Assembly: GCA_963808535.1 (NCBI GenBank)
Contig: CAWEGF010000023.1
Location: 66,715-130,714, forward strand
Reading direction: 5' to 3'
Source of the DNA: an uncultured Verrucomicrobiae bacterium
GTDB taxonomy: Bacteria; Verrucomicrobiota; Verrucomicrobiia; Chthoniobacterales; JAFAMB01
DNA: 64,000 nucleotides
Both the position numbers and the translations under genes were made by a program. The notes beneath the pieces are model-generated. The model had not been told where the DNA came from and did no database searches. It saw only the letters and a list, made by a program, of their open reading frames with translations. This document shows positions 41,423-49,254 of the stretch, one piece after another (positions within the stretch are counted from its first letter, which is position 1; every line of letters begins with the position of its first letter).

Positions 41423-41680
41423 AGCCCAGGGTTTCAACCCTGGGAACCTTCAAAATCAACGGTTCGCCCTGAAAGGGCGAGAGATCCGGGTATTAGATGA
41501 AGCTCGCACCTATCGCCGCGCAAAAGTCAGGGTGCGCAATTGGCGTGTTACAATTGGACCATCGGACACCGCTTCCGCTTGTTAGGACGTTCGATCTGGC
41601 GCCCCTTCAGGGCGCGTCGCTCTTGTTGGACGATTCCCAGGGTTGAAACCCTGGGCTGAGTTCTGTAGCCCCTCCGGGGC
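41423..41680 (+). repeat. family A element, copy A4, 3' part
   Basis: Starts with the duplicated AGCCCAGGGTT, then the core and right terminus. It shares diagnostic variants (..CTTCAAAATCAACGG.., GATCCGGGTATTAGATG) with copy A5. Confidence 0.9.
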
Positions 41681-41813
41681 ACCAAACAAACGCCTCAACC
41701 CAAGGATTGTGGCCTATAAGTTTTCGGAGCACAATCCTCCCAAGCCTTATCTTCGCCAATCTGGTCTGACCCCATTCCTTCGTACTGGGTCTCTCTATAT
41801 GGACCGAGGGCCT

Positions 41814-42108
41814 GCCCCGCAGGGGCTTCAGAATTCAGCCCAGGGTTGAGCCCAGGGTTTCAACCCTGGGAACCTTCAAAATCAACGGTTCGCCCTGAAA
41901 GGGCGAGAGATCCGGGTATTAGATGAAGCTCGCACCTATCGCCGCGCAAAAGTCACGGTGCGCAATTGGCGTGTTACAATTGGACCATCGGACACCGCTT
42001 CCGTCTGGTTAGGACGATCGATCTGACACCCCCTTCAGGGCGCGTCGCTCTTGTTGGACGATTCCCAGGGTTGAAACCCTGGGCTGAGTTCTGTAGCCCC
42101 TCCGGGGC
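41814..42108 (+). repeat. family A element, copy A5 (295 bp) with 12-nt footprint-like duplication
   Basis: Full termini and core. It contains AGCCCAGGGTT-G-AGCCCAGGGTT at 41837-41859, exactly at the position where C2 sits in the sister copy A4. Confidence 0.9.
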
Positions 42109-42511
42109 ACCAAACAAACGCCTCAACCCAAGGATTGCCGAGTGCAGCTTCTCGCTACAGACAATTCCAACTCCGTTGGAATTTTAAGTTACTGCCTTCG
42201 GCGATCAAGGCCGTCCATAGCGCAGTCTGCTGGAGGATTAGCAAGCTGACTCTCCTGACCTGCGCTGGATCTTTCGTTCCATTTACCACCACCGATCAAC
42301 GCGTTATGAAAAAGCCTGAAACTTTAGGAATCAGATCTCGTTGTAACCAACTGACAGCAAAAACCACAGCCGCCTCGGCGGCATCCCTCAAGACCGATAT
42401 AAACTTAGCAACCCAATAATACAGATGAAAATTGTAACCAACATTCTAAAAACATACGGTAATAACACCGCTGCCCTCACTACTCCGACGTTTGCAACTT
42501 TTTCGAATAAC

Positions 42512-43150
42512 ATGCGTTTGATGAAGAAGATCGCTCTGCTATCGACCCTTGTTTTAGGGACGGCCTTGGTCCCCCTTGCCAAGGCGGCTCCCCTGCCAGT
42601 ATCTCCCGCACTTGCACCCGGAAGTGTGAATACGCTTAACTTCCATATGATCCCATCTCCCGGATTGCCCGCGGGATTACAGAACGCCGGGGCAAATATT
42701 ATAGTGCACACTGACGGCCCTGTGGAAGTCATGGAAGTATACGTGGCCGGGTTACCGGCCAACACGGATTTCGACTTCTTTGTTATTCAAAAGCCCAATG
42801 CACCATTCGGCTTGTCCTGGTATCAAGGCGACATTGAGACTGACGCTAACGGGCAGGGCTTCGCTTTATTCATTGGACGCTTCAATGTGGAGACTTTTCT
42901 CGTCTCACCACAAGCCGTACCAGCTCCGGTAGTGTTTAATAACACCTTTCCAGATAGTAACATTGGTGCCCTGGTGGGTCGGGTCCACACTTATCACTGC
43001 GGGTTATGGTTCAATTCACCGGTCGATGCAGCTAACGCGGGAGCCGGTGGGGCCATCACCCCTTTCAATGGTGAAGGCAATGCCGGTAGACAAGTCCTCA
43101 ATACCGCGAATTTTCCCGATCTAGCGGGCCCGTTGATCAACATCAGGTGA
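42512..43150 (+). CDS. secreted hypothetical protein
   Basis: ORF 42425..43150, with the start moved to the ATG at 42512, which gives a signal peptide MRLMKKIALLSTLVLGTALVPLAKA/AP. No family recognised. Confidence 0.6.
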   Translation: MRLMKKIALLSTLVLGTALVPLAKAAPLPVSPALAPGSVNTLNFHMIPSPGLPAGLQNAGANIIVHTDGPVEVMEVYVAGLPANTDFDFFVIQKPNAPFGLSWYQGDIETDANGQGFALFIGRFNVETFLVSPQAVPAPVVFNNTFPDSNIGALVGRVHTYHCGLWFNSPVDAANAGAGGAITPFNGEGNAGRQVLNTANFPDLAGPLINIR

Positions 43151-43177
43151 GCGACTACTAAGAATAACTTCGCGCAG

Positions 43178-43210
43178 AGATCCTGGATTTTCGAATCCAG
43201 GGTCTTTTGT
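43178..43210 (+). terminator. rho-independent terminator of the 42512..43150 gene
   Basis: CCTGGATT-TTCG-AATCCAGG (43182-43201) is followed by GTCTTTTGT, 30 nt after the stop. Confidence 0.65.
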
Positions 43211-43315
43211 ATTACAATATTTGACCTCTTCCAACCTGGCAATGCAATGGGGATGGTCGATCCACCAACCGCTAACGGCACCTCAAAGAATTCCAACCGG
43301 TGCTGGCTGTTCCGT

Positions 43316-43951
43316 TCAGGCGGAAACATCGTGGCTTTGCGGTCCATAAATTTTCTCCTCCAACCTCTTCAGCGCCAGGGTCGCTGCAATATTTGCGGCC
43401 CGCACCACATTTTTCCCGACGGTAGCCTCGCCAGTCAAGCGAGGCGCTTGCCACGTCGGCAATCCAAATAACGTATCCATGTACTGCACCGGCATAATCT
43501 CTGACAAATCCCGTTTATTATAAAAGAACACGATGGGAATGTGCTGCAGGGTCAGATTTTGTCTTCCCTCCAAACACATGCCACGGTCGGAGAGCAACTC
43601 TTCCAGGTCGTTGAGCATCTCAAGATTTCTCGATGCGGCTTCGTATTGGCTGTCTGCGACAAAGACTACGGCATCGGTTGAAGCAAGGACCAGATGCCGA
43701 GTCCTTCGATATTTTTGTTGGCCAGGCAAAGTCCAATAGAGAAATTTGACTTCCAGATTGTTAGCCGGCAATTTGTGCGATTGAGCGTATTCGAAAAACA
43801 CCGAGCGGTCATCCGTGGTCGGCAACTCTGTCACAGCGGTCTCAAGACGCAACGAGAGATATCTTAGAGAAGTTGTTTTTCCGGCGTAGGCGGGTCCGTA
43901 ATAAACCACCTTCAATTGAGCCTCGTAAGTCACCCAGTTTACGTATGCCAT
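43316..43951 (-). CDS. MglA-family Ras-like small GTPase
   Basis: ORF 43316..43993, with the start set at the ATG at 43951 behind a strong GGAGGAGG SD. Motifs: KVVYYGPAYAGKTTSL (P-loop), TTDDRSVFFEY (switch I), LYWTLPGQ (G3), VVFVADSQ, YNKRDL (G4). The order and spacing are as in MglA. Confidence 0.8.
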   Translation of the reverse strand: MAYVNWVTYEAQLKVVYYGPAYAGKTTSLRYLSLRLETAVTELPTTDDRSVFFEYAQSHKLPANNLEVKFLYWTLPGQQKYRRTRHLVLASTDAVVFVADSQYEAASRNLEMLNDLEELLSDRGMCLEGRQNLTLQHIPIVFFYNKRDLSEIMPVQYMDTLFGLPTWQAPRLTGEATVGKNVVRAANIAATLALKRLEEKIYGPQSHDVSA

Positions 43952-44119
43952 TCTTTTCCTCCTCCTGCTCTTGGCGATTCTTCTCCAATGCAATGTTTAA
44001 TACTGACACCGTCCTGCTTGACTCCAGCACAAGCTTCTTTTGACCGACGACGACACTTTCCCGCACAGCATCACAGTTTTTATCTTCTTCAGCATAATTA
44101 CTCAACATTTAAAACGTTA

Positions 44120-44443
44120 TTACATGCGGTTAATCGCAAGATACCATTTGCGACGATTCTTCAAGATGCCCGAGACAGGTTGACAGCGATACGACAGGTC
44201 GAAAAACATTGGCAGCTTTTGACGATCCGAAACAGTCCAGAAGCCGATCCGATCACTGAGAATCAGACTCCGCTGATTCGTCACTCGCCTAGTAATATCG
44301 CCGTTGAAATTTCCAAAATTTCCTCCCCGAACGACAGGATTTCCAGACTGCTCCAAATTCGCTTGGAAGTCTCGAGTTTGAAACGAACAAAAGGCAGCCG
44401 TCAGAATAGCCCGGGCCACCCGAGGCGTTTGCTGAGGCCCCAT
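44120..44443 (-). CDS. hypothetical protein (possibly the C-terminal part of 44401..44979 after an indel)
   Basis: A 107-aa ORF overlapping the 3' end of the upstream ORF by 43 nt. A G4 run (C4 on the plus strand, 44438-44441) lies in the overlap. No family recognised. Confidence 0.35.
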   Translation of the reverse strand: MGPQQTPRVARAILTAAFCSFQTRDFQANLEQSGNPVVRGGNFGNFNGDITRRVTNQRSLILSDRIGFWTVSDRQKLPMFFDLSYRCQPVSGILKNRRKWYLAINRM

Positions 44444-44979
44444 CGGTTGATTGCGGCATTCCAGACCGCTCGGCCGACGATGGGATGTTTAACTGCGGTC
44501 AGAAACTGCCCGAGATGATCGTACTCGGGTATCCGTTGGGAAGTCTCGTATCGGTTCACCTTGGTTGCCACCGCGTTGGCGATGTCGTGAGCATCTGGGG
44601 AACCGGGGACACCTCGGTCGATTCGTGCCCAAGTAATCATTTCGGCTTCGCTCTCTAAGATCAGCAGACAGTAATGTGTTAATTTCGCCACGGTAACGGC
44701 GCTCAAGTGTCCAGGGGTGGCAAGCAAAGTACGATCGATATGATGATCAAACGATTCGGCACTAAAGAAATCGAGCTTCAATTTGTCGATCAAATCCTGA
44801 ACCGCGTAAGGATACTCCTTTTCACAATCCCGGATAAATTCGGCTAGCGTAGTCTTCGAACCAGGTCCAGGTGCTGGCCCAAAATTATAGGGAAAACTTA
44901 AATGCAGGCGACTGATCTCTATCAACTGCTCGTCGTTAACAGTCGTCAGTTTTGGCAACGATCGTTTGCTGTTCAACAC
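44401..44979 (-). CDS. hypothetical protein
   Basis: A 192-aa ORF, 92 nt downstream of rep on the same strand. No family recognised. Confidence 0.5.
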   Translation of the reverse strand: MLNSKRSLPKLTTVNDEQLIEISRLHLSFPYNFGPAPGPGSKTTLAEFIRDCEKEYPYAVQDLIDKLKLDFFSAESFDHHIDRTLLATPGHLSAVTVAKLTHYCLLILESEAEMITWARIDRGVPGSPDAHDIANAVATKVNRYETSQRIPEYDHLGQFLTAVKHPIVGRAVWNAAINRWGLSKRLGWPGLF

Positions 44980-45071
44980 AACCTCTTTTCAGGTTCCCTG
45001 AGAGGCAATAGCTAATGGCAAGGGCACCGGTCGAAAACTACCTCCACTTTAACCGGTCGCCACGCCAAAAT

Positions 45072-45836
45072 TCAAGACAGACCAGAGGTTTTCTGGCCGC
45101 CATTGCGGTGTTGCTGAAGTTTTATGTCGAAAGTAAGCGTAGTGATCCGTCGATGACGAGATCGCCCCAATTCCTCCAGGGAGATCTTCAAATCGGTTTT
45201 TTTATTTATTTCCGCAATCGCCGTATCCAAAGCCCTTTGACGTAAGTTCGCCCAAACAGGTAAAGGTGCTTCCTGGATGATGTTTCCTGCCTGATCCCTG
45301 ATCGACTCCAGCCCCAGCACCTTTCGCAGTCGGTCCAAGGAAACCCGCTTGCTGCCAACCGCAGCATATTTTTTGGCCCAATTGTAAAGCCGGAGCGAAT
45401 ATTGACTGCGGAGCCGAAGCTTGGCTGATTTTTCGCTAAGATAGGTAGGCAGAAGCTTTTTCAACTCCAACCAAATATTCTCAAAGCGCGGACTGAACGT
45501 TAAAAAAACTTCCGGATTTTCGATTCCGCGCACCTGCACAGCTTCCAGCCATCGGGTATAACTAGTAATGATTTGGGAATCTTTGATTTCTTCGATCACC
45601 AGGCGATAGTTAGCGGCCAACCGCAAAGCCGGTTTGAGGACCTTCTGGCCTCCAACGGAAATAGGCTCGGTCTGTCCTGGTCGATATTTTGCAAGAGCAA
45701 AATTCAAGAGGTGGCGTTCCGGTTCGGTGAGCATGAAATAACTTTTCTGCACACCAATTGGCAGGGATTCCTCGAGCCCCTTATCGATGATGCTGTTGGG
45801 CAGCCGAGCTTGAATTGATGTTTTTGCTGTCGCCAT
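45072..45836 (-). CDS. plasmid-type replication initiator protein (Rep_3 / RepA-RepB-like)
   Basis: 254-aa ORF: MLTEPERHLLNFALAK, SQYSLRLYNWAKKYAAVGSKRVSLDRLRKVLGLE, and QRALDTAIAEINKKTDLKISLEE..GRR.ITTLTFDI. This matches the two winged-helix pattern of Rep_3 initiators as I remember it. Confidence 0.7.
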   Translation of the reverse strand: MATAKTSIQARLPNSIIDKGLEESLPIGVQKSYFMLTEPERHLLNFALAKYRPGQTEPISVGGQKVLKPALRLAANYRLVIEEIKDSQIITSYTRWLEAVQVRGIENPEVFLTFSPRFENIWLELKKLLPTYLSEKSAKLRLRSQYSLRLYNWAKKYAAVGSKRVSLDRLRKVLGLESIRDQAGNIIQEAPLPVWANLRQRALDTAIAEINKKTDLKISLEELGRSRHRRITTLTFDIKLQQHRNGGQKTSGLS

Positions 45837-45953
45837 GGTGAAGATCTGATTACTAGAGCCGTTGAATTAGCGGAAATTACATGAACTCGGCATTTACCTT
45901 TACATCGTCCGAAAAACGTTATCAATAATGCATTACATATAAAAGGCTTGACC

Positions 45954-46382
45954 ATGATGAGCGCGGTCGAAATCAGACACCGAATCAACAAAAACTGGAA
46001 CTTTGGCACGAAGCAACAACCCCTGTCGCTCGACGAATTCCTGGAGAAAAAATCTCTGCACTTCGAATTTTTTACCGGTGCCGAGCCGTGGGTCGCCAAT
46101 CATGACCAGGTGACTTGGGAGAATTTCTTCCGGTTTTGCACGGAAGAAATGGACGACCTTTCAAAGTTAACCTGCGGCATGGTCATTGCCTATTGCATTT
46201 CAGTTATTGAGCAATTGAAGTCCAAGATCAAGCGACCCGTAACCCGGACAAAGATCCAGGAGGCTCTGCTCGCCGGATACGAAGAGGCCTACGAAAACCC
46301 AGTTTTTCAATTTCGATGGGCGATGCGGCATGCTGTCGTAGCGGAAGCGGTTACCGTGGTATTACGAAATCTGGAAGAATAG
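45954..46382 (+). CDS. hypothetical protein
   Basis: ORF 45948..46382. The ATG at 45954 follows AAAAGG. It is divergent from rep across an AT-rich 117-bp spacer. No family recognised. Confidence 0.5.
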   Translation: MMSAVEIRHRINKNWNFGTKQQPLSLDEFLEKKSLHFEFFTGAEPWVANHDQVTWENFFRFCTEEMDDLSKLTCGMVIAYCISVIEQLKSKIKRPVTRTKIQEALLAGYEEAYENPVFQFRWAMRHAVVAEAVTVVLRNLEE

Positions 46383-46431
46383 GACGAAGCTAACCTAACT
46401 GACGAAAGAGAGACAGGATCGATCTGAGTTC

Positions 46432-46884
46432 ATGTTCATTCGCCCTCCAGTGACCGAATCAGAATTCGAAGCGTACTACGCTTTGCGCTGGAGAATTCTG
46501 CGTGAACCTTGGGGCCAACCGCTCGGTTCCGAGAAAGACGAATTCGAAGATAGAGCGATTCACCTGGCCGCTTGGGACGACGCCGGCAAATTAATCGGCG
46601 TAGGTCGGGTGCATCGGGTGGTCGGAAACTGCGGACAAATTCGTTACATGGCAGTTGACCCAGGGCAGCGAACGCATGGCATCGGGAAAGCTATCCTGCG
46701 AGAACTGGAAGTTCGCGCGGTCGCCACCGGGATGCAGGAAATAAAGCTAAATTCCCGCCAGGACGCGGTGCCGTTCTACGAGAAAAACGGTTATCAGATC
46801 CTAAAGCCGGCGCCCACCCTCTTTGGCCAGATTCCACATTTCGAGATGTCGAAACGCTTCGGTGGACCGAACGACCCAGCGTAG
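46432..46884 (+). CDS. GNAT family N-acetyltransferase
   Basis: 150-aa ORF with acetyl-CoA-binding motif A (QIRYMAVDPGQRTHGIGKAIL) and FYEKNGY. Confidence 0.8.
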   Translation: MFIRPPVTESEFEAYYALRWRILREPWGQPLGSEKDEFEDRAIHLAAWDDAGKLIGVGRVHRVVGNCGQIRYMAVDPGQRTHGIGKAILRELEVRAVATGMQEIKLNSRQDAVPFYEKNGYQILKPAPTLFGQIPHFEMSKRFGGPNDPA

Positions 46885-46936
46885 CGAATCGACCCAGCAC
46901 TCCTCCCGAATGACATCCGACCGGCGGCCGTGACGT

Positions 46937-47170
46937 GGGGAGCGCAGAGGGGGAGAAGAGGGCACGGAGAAGAATATTTTACCACAGAGACACAGAGGGC
47001 ACGGAGTTTCAGAAAAAAATTTTACTATTCGGATGGCAAATCCGAATCTGTCCGCGAGCGACGGATAGCGAGGCACCAAAAATTTAACGGGAGGCCATCA
47101 CGATCCCCAAATTTCATTTCTGAAACTCCGTGCTCTCTGTGTCTCTGTGGTAAATAGGTCTTCTCCGTGC
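46937..47170. repeat. long near-perfect palindrome (CACAGAGACACAGAG family) in the convergent GNAT/citrate synthase gap
   Basis: 46962-47015 GCACGGAGAAGAATATTTTACCACAGAGACACAGAGGGCACGGAGTTTCAGAAA is close to the reverse complement of 47117-47170. The spacer of about 100 nt contains ATTCGGAT..ATCCGAAT. The left extension GGGGAGCGCAGAGGGGGAGAAGAGG matches the 30378 element. Confidence 0.85.
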
Positions 47171-47226
47171 ACTAACCGACCCGCTTGCCTGAGCGTCCAA
47201 ACACCTCGATTCAACTCTTCGAAAAC

Positions 47227-48357
47227 CTATCGTTGATCGATCGGAACGAACTTCTTACCCACCGGATCGCCGGTATACTCGCTCAAGGGTCGATAGAGGC
47301 GGTTGTCGGCCAATTGCTCCAAGACATGAGCGGTCCAGCCAGCCGTCCGAGAGATGGCAAATATGCAAGTGAATAGATCGGTCGGAATTCCGAGCGAGTA
47401 ATAGACGGTCGCCGAGTAAAAATCGACGTTGGCGTGCAGTCCTTTTTTTTCTTTCATGAGCGCGGCGATTCGCTCGGACATTTCAATCCATTTCGGCTCA
47501 CCCAGTTCAGTGCTAAGCTGAACGGCCATTGCCTTGAGGATAGGAGCCCTCGGATCAAGCGTTTTATAAACCCGATGTCCGATGCCCATGATCTTTTTCT
47601 TTTGCGCCAAAGCTTGGTCGATATAGGTGTCCACCTTGTCTGGACTACCAATTTCCTGGAGCATATGAATTACCCCTTCGTTGGCACCCCCATGCAACGG
47701 CCCTTTAAGGGTGGCAATAGCGGCGGTGATAGCCGAATAGATATCGGTCAAGGTCGAAACCGTTACGCGGGCGCTAAAGGTGGAAGCGTTCATCCCGTGC
47801 TCGGCGTGGAGAACGTAGGCCACATCCAGGGTTTTAGTCTTCTTTTCGGAGGGATCCTTACCATCCAGCAAGTACAAAAAATGACCAGCCTCACTCAAGT
47901 CCTGACGGACGGGGGGTAGATCAAGTCCGTTCCGTGCTCGGTGAAAATACGCAATAATGACTCCGACTTTTGCCGTGATGCTGATGGCGCGGCGTCTGGT
48001 CGCTTCCAAGCTTTGGTCCAAGGTCAACCAGGGATCGTGCAACCCCAGCATCGAAACGGTGGTACGCAAAACATCGATAGGCAAGGCCGTCGGAGGAGCG
48101 GTTTTCAAAAATTCGGTGACCAGGTCCGGCAACTGGCGCTCCGCGGCCAATTGTTCCTTGAGCTCGGCTAATTCCGAACGGTTCGGTAATTTATTATGCC
48201 ATAGCAGGTAGATAACTTCTTCAAAGGACGCTTTTCCAGCGAGCTCGTTGATATCATATCCGCAATAGATGAGTTGCCCTTCTAGTCCGCGCACATCTCC
48301 AAGCCGTGTATCGGTGGCGACCACGCCCTCCAACCCTTTTGATATAATAGAAGACAT
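47227..48357 (-). CDS. citrate synthase (short, about 375-aa type)
   Basis: 376-aa ORF: GLEGVVATDTRLGDV, GPLHGGANE, MGIGHRVYKTLDPR, DFYSATVY. Confidence 0.88.
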   Translation of the reverse strand: MSSIISKGLEGVVATDTRLGDVRGLEGQLIYCGYDINELAGKASFEEVIYLLWHNKLPNRSELAELKEQLAAERQLPDLVTEFLKTAPPTALPIDVLRTTVSMLGLHDPWLTLDQSLEATRRRAISITAKVGVIIAYFHRARNGLDLPPVRQDLSEAGHFLYLLDGKDPSEKKTKTLDVAYVLHAEHGMNASTFSARVTVSTLTDIYSAITAAIATLKGPLHGGANEGVIHMLQEIGSPDKVDTYIDQALAQKKKIMGIGHRVYKTLDPRAPILKAMAVQLSTELGEPKWIEMSERIAALMKEKKGLHANVDFYSATVYYSLGIPTDLFTCIFAISRTAGWTAHVLEQLADNRLYRPLSEYTGDPVGKKFVPIDQR

Positions 48358-48366
48358 AAGCTTGAG

Positions 48367-49242
48367 TTAATGTTTCAGAATCTTGATCAGCGTGTCTCCG
48401 ATACTGGCGGGCGTTTCAGCCACCGCAATTTTAGCTTCTCGCAGAGCTTCGATCTTTCCGGCGGCGGTTCCTTTGCCACCGGAGACAATCGCTCCGGCGT
48501 GTCCCATGCGCCGACCGGGTGGCGCGGTCACCCCAGCGATAAAAGCAGCCACCGGTTTGTCGTAATGTTCTTTTATCCAGGAAGCAGCTTCTTCCTCGGC
48601 AGTTCCGCCGATCTCGCCAATTAGAATCAACGCCTCGGTATCCGGATCTTCGCTAAACAATTGAACCGCGTCCAGATGCGAGGTCCCATTGATCGGATCA
48701 CCCCCGATGCCAATACAGGTTGACTGCCCGAACCCGCGCTGGGTTAATTGCCAGACCGCTTCATAGGTCAAGGTGCCGGAACGAGAGATCACGCCAATTT
48801 TACCCGGTTTATGGATGTAGCCGGGCATAATCCCGATCTTGCATTGCCCCGGAGTGATAATCCCGGGACAATTAGGCCCGATTAATCGCGACTTTTTTTC
48901 TTTGAGTACCGTTTGTGCCCGCATCATATCCATCACCGGAATTCCTTCGGTGATACAGACGATTAACTCCACCCCGGCATCGGCAGCTTCCAGGATGGCG
49001 TCCGCAGCAAAAGCTGCCGGCACGAAGATCATCGTAGCATTGCAACCAGTCTGTTTCCGGGCTTCGTAAACGGTATCGAACACCGGCACTTTCCCCTCAA
49101 ACATCTGGCCCCCTTTGCCCGGCGTCACGCCAGCCACGACGTTGGTTCCGTATTCCAGGCAGCTCTTGGCATGGAACGCTCCGGAACTGCCGGTGATACC
49201 CTGGACGAGGAGCCTGGTATTGTTATCAACAAGAATAGACAT
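48367..49242 (-). CDS. sucD: succinate--CoA ligase subunit alpha
   Basis: 291-aa ORF: [22 protein letters not shown], and GHAGAIV with the phosphohistidine loop. Confidence 0.92.
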   Translation of the reverse strand: MSILVDNNTRLLVQGITGSSGAFHAKSCLEYGTNVVAGVTPGKGGQMFEGKVPVFDTVYEARKQTGCNATMIFVPAAFAADAILEAADAGVELIVCITEGIPVMDMMRAQTVLKEKKSRLIGPNCPGIITPGQCKIGIMPGYIHKPGKIGVISRSGTLTYEAVWQLTQRGFGQSTCIGIGGDPINGTSHLDAVQLFSEDPDTEALILIGEIGGTAEEEAASWIKEHYDKPVAAFIAGVTAPPGRRMGHAGAIVSGGKGTAAGKIEALREAKIAVAETPASIGDTLIKILKH

Positions 49243-49254
49243 GACTATTGAGAG

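Noticed and set aside
39661-42108. CRISPR array hypothesis for the regularly spaced repeats
   Set aside because: The repeat unit (~285 bp) is about ten times too long, and the apparent spacers are themselves homologous to each other (family C arms). The repeats have inverted termini and target-site duplications, and no cas genes are in the window.
42210-42275. tRNA-like string CCATAGCGCAGTCTGCTGG resembling a tRNA D-arm (possible tRNA or att remnant at the island border)
   Set aside because: I could not fold a cloverleaf: there is no acceptor-stem partner, no anticodon arm and no T-loop GTTCRANNC. At most it is a short chance similarity.
43842-44108. 88-aa ORF upstream of and overlapping the MglA-like gene (possible N-terminal extension or upstream partner)
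   Set aside because: The MglA-like gene has its own strong SD and an ATG at 43951 that gives a canonical MglA N-terminus. The 88-aa ORF would overlap it by about 110 nt in another frame. It cannot be excluded as a short upstream ORF, but nothing supports it.
45837-45953. Iterons for the Rep protein: TTACAT occurs three times (45877, 45900, 45933) in the AT-rich rep/orf spacer
   Set aside because: The repeats are only 6 nt, with irregular spacing (23 and 33 nt) and no extended conserved flanks. This is not enough to call iterons, though the spacer remains the most likely place for an origin if one exists.
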